DNA from: a candidate division FCPU426 bacterium
GTDB taxonomy: Bacteria > Oederibacteriota > Muellerivitia > Muellerivitales > Muellerivitaceae
Length of the DNA: 64,000 bases
Reading direction: 5' to 3'
Assembly (NCBI GenBank): GCA_963738405.1
Contig: CAVTWJ010000005.1
Location: 46,140 to 110,139 of the forward strand
The translations under genes were made by a program, and so were the position numbers. Position 1 is the stretch's first letter; each line of letters begins with the position of its first letter. Shown here piece by piece: positions 47,148 to 55,904 of this stretch. Under the pieces are notes generated by a model. It made no database searches. It was not told where the DNA came from and saw only the letters and a program-made list of their open reading frames with translations.

Positions 47148-48032
47148 TTATTCGGAAATGAACACCACGCCGCCGCCGAGGAATAATCCGACCGCGCCGC
47201 CCAAATCCAATCCAGCAAAGGCTTGGAGTTGAACATCTTTTCCGGTACGGATACCCACCAAGAGGGGCGTACCACCCGCCCCGTTGTAAACCAATCCGTT
47301 GGTCGCCAATTCGCCGAAACCCGTCAACTCGGAGCTGAAGGGATATGCCACGCCCAAGTCCAATTGGAAATAAGAAAAACTGTACGAAACCGAATGGGTT
47401 CCGGTATAGGGAGGGACAATATTCGGAACGGTGTTGCTGTAGGTTTGAACGTACAAGCCCAGTTTCCCATTCAATTGCAAACCATCTGGCAGAGTGTACG
47501 TAATGACGCCATAGGGATCGAATGCAAAGGCCGAATAGCCATAAAGGTTGTTCGACAAGGGACCGAGTGAGAAATCCAGTCCAGCGGCAACATTAAGATT
47601 GTCCGTGTCGCCCACATTCTTGAACCCGTATTTCCCGCCAAAATTCAGAAAGTAAATACCGCTGGCGCCTCCTGCCGTGAAAAAGGAGGTATTAACATTG
47701 ACCAGGATCTTGTCGGTGATCCCATAGGATACCCCTACCGGAATTTGAAGCGCACTGCCCCAGGTATCAAATGCCAAATGGGCCCCGCCCATCCACTGCC
47801 CCTGGTTCAATACGGTCGCGGTGTCGCCGATGATGTAACCGGGCTTGCCGCTCAGGTTGGCACCGTCGATTACACTTTTTTCCCCTTCTTCCACGTGCTT
47901 CCTGTGATGAACGGCAGGTTTTTCCTCGGCGGCTTTCTTCTTTTTCGTCGCCGCAGCGGCTGGCGAAAGGCCCAGGCTTAAAGCGAAGATCACGGACAAG
48001 ACCAACAAAGCCAAACGGTTCCAAAGCTTCAT
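47148..48032 (-). CDS. Hypothetical outer-membrane beta-barrel protein
   Basis: Signal peptide, basic N-terminal segment, then Gly/aromatic amphipathic strands. Confidence 0.6.
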   Translation of the reverse strand: MKLWNRLALLVLSVIFALSLGLSPAAAATKKKKAAEEKPAVHHRKHVEEGEKSVIDGANLSGKPGYIIGDTATVLNQGQWMGGAHLAFDTWGSALQIPVGVSYGITDKILVNVNTSFFTAGGASGIYFLNFGGKYGFKNVGDTDNLNVAAGLDFSLGPLSNNLYGYSAFAFDPYGVITYTLPDGLQLNGKLGLYVQTYSNTVPNIVPPYTGTHSVSYSFSYFQLDLGVAYPFSSELTGFGELATNGLVYNGAGGTPLLVGIRTGKDVQLQAFAGLDLGGAVGLFLGGGVVFISE

Positions 48033-48082
48033 GTTTAATCCCCCGGATATTAATATTTTTTGCGGCTATTTCGGTTTGTAGC

Positions 48083-49801
48083 TTACCGAGAAGCTCGCAT
48101 TCTGGCAAACAGTTCCTTGGCGTGAACCCGTGATGTTTCGGAAATCGGTTCCCCTCCAAGCATTTTGGCCAGTTCCTCGATGCGTTTCTCTTCCGTTAAA
48201 CGGTAAACATTCACCGAGGTCTTTCCACCGTCGAAGGATTTAACCACTTGGTAATGGTAATCGCCCAATCCGGCGATCGGCGCCAGATGGGAAATACAGA
48301 AGACTTGTTTGGAAGAAGCGAGACGCTGCAGCAGTCCCGCCACCGCCGAGGCGGTGCGGGCGCCGACACCGGTGTCGATTTCATCAAAGATGAGCGTATT
48401 CACGTCATCGCTTTCAGCCAATACCGCCTTCAAGGCTAGCATGACCCGGGAGGCCTCCCCGCCACTAGCTACCTTGGCCAGGGGACGCAGAGGCTCGCCC
48501 GGGTTGGCCGAAAACATGAACTCGACCTTGTCAAAACCGTGCGGCGTGAGCGCCAGGCCCTTAGCTTCCTGACGAACGGGGCTGGATTCATCCTCCTGGG
48601 GCGTCACCTTGGCTCCCAGTTGGGCTTGGGTCAACCCGAGCTCTTTCAAGGCTTCCTCAACCCGATGGGCCAACCCATCGCCGGTTTCGACCCGGCGGTG
48701 GCTCAAGGCAGAGGCTTGTCGGAGGTAGTTTTCCGAGGCCGAGACGATTTCTTTTTCAATCTCCACTAATCTTTGTTCCCGTCCCAGGAGCGACTTGAGA
48801 TCTTCCTCAATTTTTCGGTGATAGGCCAAAATTTCGGCCACCGATCCCCCGTATTTCTTCTTGAGCGTCGTCAATAGATCGATGGTTTCTGAAATCTCCT
48901 GAAATTCCTCTTCCGTAAAGGCATAGCCTTCCAGCTTCTGGGTCAGGTCGTAGGAAAACTGGTTCAGGGATTCCTGCAGGACGGCGCCCGTTTCAACCAT
49001 CTTTTCCAGGTCCGGGTCGAGACGGGAGGCGTCCTTCAGGCGGCCTAAGGCTGTTCCCCACAAACCAGTGACTCCCCCGCCCCCTTCCTCATCCATTTGC
49101 CGTTGGGCTTCCTGTAAATACCCCGTGATTTTCTCGGCATGCTTGAGCTTTTGGTATCGTTGGAGCAGTTCTTCCTCGTTGAGGGACTCAAGCTTGGCCC
49201 TGCCGATTTCCTCCGCCTGAAATTGAAGTAAATCCGTCTTGCGGGCTATTTCCCGGGGGTCGCCGCCCAGGGTCTCCCTTTCATCCAGCAGAGCCTTGAG
49301 GGTTTGGTAGGCCCGGCCCGTAGATGCGAGTTCTAAGTCTAAATGGCCGAAAGCGTCGATCAGATGACGGTGCTTGTGGGTATTAAAAATGGCCTGGTGC
49401 TCATGCTGACCGTGGATATCCACCAATCCTTCGCCCACTTCCGCCGCCAGAGCGGCGGTGGCGATTTCGCCGTTGATGAAACTGCGGGTCTTGCCGGAGG
49501 CGCGGGTGAATTCACGTTTGATATGGATTTCACCGCCCTTGGGATCGATGCCCTTTTCATCCAGCAAAGCGATCACTGGATGACCCTTTGGGATTTGGAA
49601 AAGGGCCTCCACAATCGTGCGGTCGCCCCCGGCGGGCAGCAATTCGGAGTCAATGCGGTCACCCAAGAGGAAATAGAGGGCGTCCACAATAAGGGATTTG
49701 CCCGCGCCCGTCTCGCCGGTTAAGACATTAAACCCAGGCCCGAATTCCAGGCTCACGGATTCGACTATGGCGAAGTTTTTAATGGAGAGCTGGCGGAGCA
49801 T
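48083..49801 (-). CDS. recN: DNA repair protein RecN
   Basis: L.IKNFAI, LTGETGAGKS, DIHGQHEHQ, ASGGE.SR.MLALK, IFDEIDTG, ISHL. Confidence 0.97.
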   Translation of the reverse strand: MLRQLSIKNFAIVESVSLEFGPGFNVLTGETGAGKSLIVDALYFLLGDRIDSELLPAGGDRTIVEALFQIPKGHPVIALLDEKGIDPKGGEIHIKREFTRASGKTRSFINGEIATAALAAEVGEGLVDIHGQHEHQAIFNTHKHRHLIDAFGHLDLELASTGRAYQTLKALLDERETLGGDPREIARKTDLLQFQAEEIGRAKLESLNEEELLQRYQKLKHAEKITGYLQEAQRQMDEEGGGGVTGLWGTALGRLKDASRLDPDLEKMVETGAVLQESLNQFSYDLTQKLEGYAFTEEEFQEISETIDLLTTLKKKYGGSVAEILAYHRKIEEDLKSLLGREQRLVEIEKEIVSASENYLRQASALSHRRVETGDGLAHRVEEALKELGLTQAQLGAKVTPQEDESSPVRQEAKGLALTPHGFDKVEFMFSANPGEPLRPLAKVASGGEASRVMLALKAVLAESDDVNTLIFDEIDTGVGARTASAVAGLLQRLASSKQVFCISHLAPIAGLGDYHYQVVKSFDGGKTSVNVYRLTEEKRIEELAKMLGGEPISETSRVHAKELFARMRASR

Positions 49802-49807
49802 GGGGAC

Positions 49808-49836
49808 ACTATAAAACCATAAAAAGGCAAAATCAA
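49808..49836 (-). promoter_or_regulatory. Promoter for apparently leaderless recN
   Basis: TTGATT (49836-49831), 17 bp, TATAGT (49813-49808), 6 nt, ATG. Confidence 0.6.
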
Positions 49837-49846
49837 AGACTCATCT

Positions 49847-49993
49847 CACCGCCAAGACACAAAGACACCAAGAAAATCACAAACAAATACGGGAAGTTCT
49901 AAAACTTTTTACGACTCATCAAACATTCAGCTCTTAAGAGGTTTTGTAAGCATCAAAAATTCTTTAACTTGGTGTCTTTGTGTCTTGGTGGTG
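49847..49993. repeat. Palindromic element copy 3 (intergenic, between divergent genes)
   Basis: Left arm CACCGCCAAGACACAAAGACACCAAG (49847-49872); right arm CTTGGTGTCTTTGTGTCTTGGTGGTG (49968-49993); 95-nt AT-rich spacer. Confidence 0.92.
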
Positions 49994-50016
49994 AATTGTT
50001 GGTTTATAATCCGCCC

Positions 50017-51201
50017 ATGAAACAATTCGACGTCATCGTTATCGGAGCCGGGGGCGCGGGCCTCTTTTGCGCCAAGGAGGCGGGCCAAAGGGGCCGGAAT
50101 GTATTGGTGCTGGACCACAACCCCAAGGCGGGCTCCAAGATTCTCATTTCCGGCGGGGGACGGTGCAATTTCACTAATCAAAACGCCGGGCCAGAAAATT
50201 ACCTTTCGCAAAACCCCCATTTCTGTAAGTCAGCGCTGTCCCGCTTCACCAGCTCCGACTTTCTGGACCTGGTGAAAAAACACCAAATCCCCTTTCGCGA
50301 AAAAAAACTGGGCCAGCTCTTTTGCGACCTTTCGGCCCAAGACATCGTGGATTTGCTCCTGAAGGAATGTGAGATTGGGAAAGTTCAAGTCAATCTTGGG
50401 GTCAAGGTTCTATCGGTAGAAAAGGCCGGTCTGTTCAAGGTTTGGACTTCGGAGAATCTCTATGTGTCTCATTCCCTTGTCGTGGCTACCGGCGGACTTT
50501 CAATTCCTAAACTTGGCGCCACCGATTTTGGATACGAATTAGCGAAGCAATTTGAAATCGGCGTCGTCCCAACCCGGCCCGCCTTGGATGGTTTTCGTTT
50601 TTCCAAGGAAGACGAAAAGAGATTCGGCGACCTGACCGGTCTTTCGGTGGATTGCACCGCCTCCTGTGGGGGAAAGGACTTCCGTGAAAACGTGTTATTC
50701 ACCCACGCCGGCCTTAGCGGTCCCGCCGCCCTGCAAGCTTCTCTCTATTGGGAACCGGGGGATCCCCTAACCCTCAACTTCTTCCCCGACGAGACCGAGG
50801 AAAGCCTCGTTCAGTGGTGGGTGGAGCAAAAGAACGCTTCTAAATCCGAAGCCAAAACCCTATTGAGTCAAAGGATTCCTTCGCGTCTGGCCGAAAGGTT
50901 ATGCGAGCTTTATCTTCCCCCTCGGGCGACCGCTTACCAAATGTCGGATAAGCAAATGAAGGAGTTCACCCAAACCTTGACGGCCTTTTCCCTCACGCCC
51001 CACTCGACCGTGGGCTATTCAAAGGCCGAAGTCACCAAGGGGGGGGTAGACACAAAAGAACTTTCATCCCAAACCATGGAAAGCCGCAAGGTGAAGGGCC
51101 TTTATTTTATTGGGGAAGTGGTGGATGTGACCGGCTGGCTGGGCGGCTATAACTTCCAATGGGCCTGGTCCTCCGCCTGGGCCGCCGGGCAGGTGGTTTA
51201 G
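50017..51201 (+). CDS. HI0933/YhiN (BaiN-like) NAD(P)/FAD-dependent oxidoreductase
   Basis: IGAGGAG, KILISGGGRCNFTN, ATGGLSIP.LG, LFTH.GLSGP, AEVT.GGV, GE..DV.GWLGGYNFQWAWSS. Confidence 0.92.
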   Translation: MKQFDVIVIGAGGAGLFCAKEAGQRGRNVLVLDHNPKAGSKILISGGGRCNFTNQNAGPENYLSQNPHFCKSALSRFTSSDFLDLVKKHQIPFREKKLGQLFCDLSAQDIVDLLLKECEIGKVQVNLGVKVLSVEKAGLFKVWTSENLYVSHSLVVATGGLSIPKLGATDFGYELAKQFEIGVVPTRPALDGFRFSKEDEKRFGDLTGLSVDCTASCGGKDFRENVLFTHAGLSGPAALQASLYWEPGDPLTLNFFPDETEESLVQWWVEQKNASKSEAKTLLSQRIPSRLAERLCELYLPPRATAYQMSDKQMKEFTQTLTAFSLTPHSTVGYSKAEVTKGGVDTKELSSQTMESRKVKGLYFIGEVVDVTGWLGGYNFQWAWSSAWAAGQVV

Positions 51202-51320
51202 GCCTATAAATCAAGGCAAAGAGTTCCCCTCGTCTCATCGCTTAGTTCTAGCCTCCAAATAACTTCTAAGTATAATGTGCCCTTGTTTCAGCTTCCTATT
51301 TCCAAAGAAAAGGTAGAAAA

Positions 51321-52328
51321 ATGGAAAAATTCAATCTGGATGGTCCCGCCGCGTTTGTGATTCCGCACTGGAGCCAAGGTTCCGCCATGGAACGCAAGTG
51401 GCTGGATGAGACTTTAGAGAGGATCAAACTGCAAACCGACCCCAACTGGGTCATCTTGATCGGTGATGGCAATTCCCCCTCCGCTGAGGCCAAGGATTAT
51501 TTGAACCAACTCGAACAGGAATACGCCGGCAAGCTCAAGGTTCTTTATATGAACCATTCGGACGGCCCGGGCCATGCCCGCAACGTCTGCATCCAATACG
51601 CCTACGAGCAAAAATATCCTTTCATCGTTTTCATCGACGCCGACGACCTAACCCACCCATGGCGGGTGGAAGTGGTACGCGATATCTTCAAGAAAAATTC
51701 CAACGCCGGGGTGGTTTACAGCACCTTTAACGTGATCGACGAAAACGGAAAACCCACGCCCTACGCCAAGTGCTCCCAGTCCATCGTGGAGATCCTGGAA
51801 TCCCACAGCAACGCCCCCCAGGGCAAGGACGCCTGGATCAACATCTGCACCGAGGCAGGCTACACCAACCTAACCTCCACAACCTCAGTCCTGACCGGTA
51901 TCGCTCGGGACATTCCCTTCCCCGGGGAAAAGGCCAGCGAGGACTATTACGCCTGGCTTTGCTACTCGGCCAGCGGCGCGGAGTTTGTTTTCACACCCCT
52001 GACCCCCACCAACTACCGTATTCCGCAAAACACCCAGGGGTCGGCCTCGCGCAGCCGCGAGGGTGGAAAGTCGAAGTTTTACGAGACCAAGTGCCGGGTG
52101 GACGCGGCGGGCGTGGAAAAGGCCATTGAGCTGGCCCAGAAGCGCGGCGCGCTAGATGAGGTGAAAGCCAACGACATCCGCGCCAAGTTCTACGTCAAGG
52201 AAGCCGTGACCATGTTCCGCGAGAACGAGATGGGCCTGGCCAAGATGTGCGTTGATAACGCCGTGAAGCGCAACGCCGCCTTGGCGAACAAGCTCATCGC
52301 CGAAAAGGGTCTTTCCAGCCTTAAATAA
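51321..52328 (+). CDS. Glycosyltransferase family 2
   Basis: FVIP, Q....W..LI.DG.S, GPG.ARN, FIDADD (DxD), SED. Confidence 0.85.
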   Translation: MEKFNLDGPAAFVIPHWSQGSAMERKWLDETLERIKLQTDPNWVILIGDGNSPSAEAKDYLNQLEQEYAGKLKVLYMNHSDGPGHARNVCIQYAYEQKYPFIVFIDADDLTHPWRVEVVRDIFKKNSNAGVVYSTFNVIDENGKPTPYAKCSQSIVEILESHSNAPQGKDAWINICTEAGYTNLTSTTSVLTGIARDIPFPGEKASEDYYAWLCYSASGAEFVFTPLTPTNYRIPQNTQGSASRSREGGKSKFYETKCRVDAAGVEKAIELAQKRGALDEVKANDIRAKFYVKEAVTMFRENEMGLAKMCVDNAVKRNAALANKLIAEKGLSSLK

Positions 52329-52353
52329 AGACGGAAGTTCCAAGAGTCACCAG

Positions 52354-52386
52354 GCAGGGGCCTCCAAGGAGCCCCTGCTTTTTTTA
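52354..52386 (+). terminator. Intrinsic terminator after GT2 gene
   Basis: GCAGGGG-CCTCCAAGGAG-CCCCTGC followed by a T run. Confidence 0.75.
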
Positions 52387-52391
52387 TGTCC

Positions 52392-54545
52392 TCACTTAGG
52401 TGTCTTCACAATCCCAAAAGCGCTGGATGGCACGATGCTGAATTGGGACCGGCCAGGCGGCCTCCACAAAAGATGTAGATCGGCGCGAACTTCCCCCAGG
52501 TTGGCCCTTTCATCAAAAAGCTCGATCCGGTGCGGTCCTTTGGTGAGTTCTATGAAGGTTTGGCCCGCCCCCGTTTTTTCAATCACCTGCCGGTCATCCA
52601 ATAACATCCTCTCGTGATCGGTCGCCAGAACCAGAAACCCATATTTGCCTTTTTGGGGCGCGTTCAAAACCCCGTTCCATTGAGCCGAAAAAAGCGGGCC
52701 CGGCAATGGAAAATCACCCAGATTGGTGAAATTCACAATTGGATCCCACCTGACAGCGCTTGGGACGCCCGAAAAATTACCCGTCACAAAATATCGTCCC
52801 AAGAGGCCCCTACGGTCTGCGGGGCGGACAGCCCCTTGGGAAGCCGGGTCCCAATAGTAAAAATAAGCCATGGGAAAACCCCAGGGGTCCTTCATTTCTT
52901 CTTCCATTCCCCCAGGATAAACCTTCTTCAGCAATTCCAAGGTTGGTTCTTTTCCATCCTCCAAAACGAAACAAATCTTTTCGTTGAGTGGGACGTCCGG
53001 CTTAAGGGCTTCTTTTAGGGTCAGGAGTTGGATACGTCTCGCCTGGTCGTAACAAATAAACTTGACGGTTTCATGACCCCAAAAATACGGGGTCAACTCA
53101 AACAAAACGCCCGGGCGGGAGATTACTTCTTCACCCACCCGGGTCGCTTCCGGCATGAAAGACTTCCAACTAGTCCTGTCTCCTGTTTGCTGTTGAAAAT
53201 AAACGTCAAAATTTTGGTAAATGGCGAAGGCAAAACCCATGGCCAGAAGCAACCACGTGATTCTTTGAAACCTTCCGAGCCTCTCCCTGGCCCCGCGAAG
53301 AATGGCTATGACCGGCAAGGCGGCTAGGATGGACACGAAGGGGGCGGCACCCACGATTCTTTGGAACCCAAGGTAATCGGAGGCCAATATCATGGGAAGA
53401 CTCATTACCAGAAGGCCTGAAAGGGTATAAAAACAAACCCTATCCTTCCAATTCCACAAAGCGTAGAAAAAGCCAATCCAAAACAAGAAGGATGTGACGT
53501 CATCCAAAAGTCGATGGCCCAGAATCCCCATACAGGGATAAGGGACTTCAAGTCGGTTAAACATGAGCGCCCAATCCGCCAGGTTCTTAAATAGAGGCGC
53601 AAGGCTTTTTTGAGCGGCGATTTCATTGCCGATCCAAAGTTCTGATTCTCGGGTCCCCAAACTTCCCTGTTGGACCCATGAGAGGAGAATGGGAAAAGCT
53701 ACGACGATAAACGCCCCCCCCATCAGAGTGGCTCTATTCCAGCGCGCGCCAGGGTGTTTTTTGCCCTTTTCATACAGGAATAGAATAAACAGGAACACCG
53801 GCAACACTTTTAACGATTGATAGGTGTAGAGGCTCGCGCCCATCAAGACGCCGACCATCAGGAAATCCATTCCCCTTTGGGTTCGAAGGGCTTTCCACCA
53901 AAAGACCAATACGGCAAAGGTGAAAAACGGCACCAGGATGCTGGGAAAAGCGCATCTCGCCGTCATGAAATGCCATCTCATTATCCCCAACAGCGCCAAA
54001 CCGACAAGGGCTAATGCTTTTCCGCCCATACTTTGAAAAAACCGGTAATAAATCGACAGGCCAGAAATGGATAGGAGAATAAAAAAGGCTTGGAGCGAGA
54101 ATGCAGTCGGTGAAAAAAAACTAAACCAACCAGCCAAACCGTAAATGGCGAGAGGAGGATGATGGAGAAAGTTTAACTGGAGAGGCGGAAGTTGATGTCC
54201 CCTGAGAAGCCGGAGGGCGTCCAAACCCATGGCGCCCTGATCGATGAATAGTCCCGGCGGATTTGAGGAAATCCCGAAGAAGCCAAAAAACAATATTAAA
54301 ACCCCAAGGACACACAATATTCCCATCTCGGCGCCGGAGGAAAAATCCCGACCCGACCCGGATGGGAATTGAGGAGGGGAACTTAAACCATTGAACAGAT
54401 AGAGGGAAAAAAGAAAAAGCGGAAAACCAACACCCCATGCCAGGGGATTTCCCGAGGATGTGAAAAGGAACTGACTTGTCGCCCCCACAACGACAAATAA
54501 AACGAGAAAAACTAACCCTTTCACCTCACTCTTCATAACATTCAC
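52392..54545 (-). CDS. GT-C (ArnT/PMT-like) membrane glycosyltransferase with C-terminal PA14 domain
   Basis: Multi-TM N-terminus with PPG...DQ and HPPL; C-terminal GL.G.YF...F...R.DP..NF...FSAQW.G...P..G.Y.F....D...LDD (PA14). Confidence 0.78.
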   Translation of the reverse strand: MNVMKSEVKGLVFLVLFVVVGATSQFLFTSSGNPLAWGVGFPLFLFSLYLFNGLSSPPQFPSGSGRDFSSGAEMGILCVLGVLILFFGFFGISSNPPGLFIDQGAMGLDALRLLRGHQLPPLQLNFLHHPPLAIYGLAGWFSFFSPTAFSLQAFFILLSISGLSIYYRFFQSMGGKALALVGLALLGIMRWHFMTARCAFPSILVPFFTFAVLVFWWKALRTQRGMDFLMVGVLMGASLYTYQSLKVLPVFLFILFLYEKGKKHPGARWNRATLMGGAFIVVAFPILLSWVQQGSLGTRESELWIGNEIAAQKSLAPLFKNLADWALMFNRLEVPYPCMGILGHRLLDDVTSFLFWIGFFYALWNWKDRVCFYTLSGLLVMSLPMILASDYLGFQRIVGAAPFVSILAALPVIAILRGARERLGRFQRITWLLLAMGFAFAIYQNFDVYFQQQTGDRTSWKSFMPEATRVGEEVISRPGVLFELTPYFWGHETVKFICYDQARRIQLLTLKEALKPDVPLNEKICFVLEDGKEPTLELLKKVYPGGMEEEMKDPWGFPMAYFYYWDPASQGAVRPADRRGLLGRYFVTGNFSGVPSAVRWDPIVNFTNLGDFPLPGPLFSAQWNGVLNAPQKGKYGFLVLATDHERMLLDDRQVIEKTGAGQTFIELTKGPHRIELFDERANLGEVRADLHLLWRPPGRSQFSIVPSSAFGIVKTPK

Positions 54546-55165
54546 CCTTGGCCTTTAGTCCCATCAAGACTCGCCAACCCTTGGCCATGGTCGGGGTCCA
54601 TCATCGGTTCTCCGGTCGTAACCGGGTCGGCCAGCCATAGGGCTTGGAAAAGCTGAAGGCGCATTTCATCAAACTTTCCATTCGTGAACAAATTCTCTGC
54701 TCTTTGAACAATTTTTTGAACTTGCATTTTTCGATATTCACGCATTTTCAATTCCATCAATGGGCCTAGCCAATTTTTCTCCATTAGAAACTTTATACCC
54801 GTTTCCGCTCGCAATAAAACCGCCCTAGCGAAAAGCGGATTTTTTATCAAAATTCCCAAATCAAAACGAACTAAACTCCGGATTATTCGGGAAGCCTCCT
54901 GAACTTTTTTTGGAGTTTTCTCGCCAAAGGTCAAAGCCCAAAGATCTTCCAACCCCGATTCCAAGGCCATGCTTCGTTCGTCGAGCTGTTGGGGATGGGT
55001 TGCGCAATCTTGGCCCAGTGTTTTCATTTCGGCGCAGGCGGCAAGATTGAGGAGTTTTTCGAAAGGAAGAGTGTAATAGGATTCGCCAGCGCGGACGGCT
55101 GTCAAAACAAAAAACAAACCAACAGTTGTTATGAAAAGAAGGGGCTTAAGTTTTTTCCGCTTCAC
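54542..55165 (-). CDS. Hypothetical exported protein
   Basis: Signal-peptide-like N-terminus; start and stop overlap both neighbours (GTGA). Confidence 0.55.
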   Translation of the reverse strand: MKRKKLKPLLFITTVGLFFVLTAVRAGESYYTLPFEKLLNLAACAEMKTLGQDCATHPQQLDERSMALESGLEDLWALTFGEKTPKKVQEASRIIRSLVRFDLGILIKNPLFARAVLLRAETGIKFLMEKNWLGPLMELKMREYRKMQVQKIVQRAENLFTNGKFDEMRLQLFQALWLADPVTTGEPMMDPDHGQGLASLDGTKGQG

Positions 55166-55872
55166 GGTTCAGGGGTAGGCGTCGGGTCCGGGGGACCCTT
55201 TTTAGCCTCGGCGGACAAAACCTTCGAAGGCTCGCTTTCCTTCCCATTCGCCCCTAGGGCGGTAAAGACCAGGTAATATTTTTTCCCCGGTTCCAGGTAT
55301 TTCAAAACAGCTTCATCCTTGCCAAAAGGAGCCTCGTTCGCCCGGATATAGGCTCCCTTGGGTGATTCACAATAGTAGGCGTTGTAGCCAGCCAGGTTTT
55401 TTGTGCCTGGATCGGTCCATTGGGCCATCTTCGCGGTCTTGACCAAATCGATTCGGCCTCGAGGCATAAGGTCCAAATCGCTTTTTAAAACCACCTTCAT
55501 TTTCGGGGAAAACATCAGCTCAAGCGATCTCACCCCTTCGGCTAAAGGTTTATCCTTCAGCACTTCTCTGACCTGGAAATGAAAGGGAGATTTAAGGGAG
55601 GAAGTTAAATAGTATTGGGACGAACGCAAAATCTTTGAATTCAGCTTAAAAAACGGCCCCTTGGCCCCCTCACGGCTATAGACGTTGTAACCCTGAACCA
55701 AAACCTGGTTCGGATCCTCCCAGAATAGGATCAAATGGCTTTCATCGATCTTCTGGGCCTTGAGGACCAAGGCTTCCGGGACGGCTTTCTTATCCTCTCC
55801 CCTGGCCAAACCTGTGGATAGGCAGCAGAAAAGCCCGGCGGCGAAGCATAAGGAAACAAAAGAATATTTCAA
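55162..55872 (-). CDS. Exported protein with two fibronectin type III-like domains
   Basis: L.W....V.GYNVY...GPF.KLN and W.....LAGYN.Y...LEPGKKYY...TA....G.ES.PS; PT-rich tail. Confidence 0.7.
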   Translation of the reverse strand: MKYSFVSLCFAAGLFCCLSTGLARGEDKKAVPEALVLKAQKIDESHLILFWEDPNQVLVQGYNVYSREGAKGPFFKLNSKILRSSQYYLTSSLKSPFHFQVREVLKDKPLAEGVRSLELMFSPKMKVVLKSDLDLMPRGRIDLVKTAKMAQWTDPGTKNLAGYNAYYCESPKGAYIRANEAPFGKDEAVLKYLEPGKKYYLVFTALGANGKESEPSKVLSAEAKKGPPDPTPTPEP

Positions 55873-55904
55873 GGAGGGTTCTGCCTTTCAGAAATGATTA
55901 CAGA

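Noticed and set aside
34247..49993. CACCAAGA repeats as a CRISPR array
   Set aside because: The units are directly adjacent 8-mers arranged as inverted arms at three distant sites, with no repeat-spacer periodicity and no cas genes.
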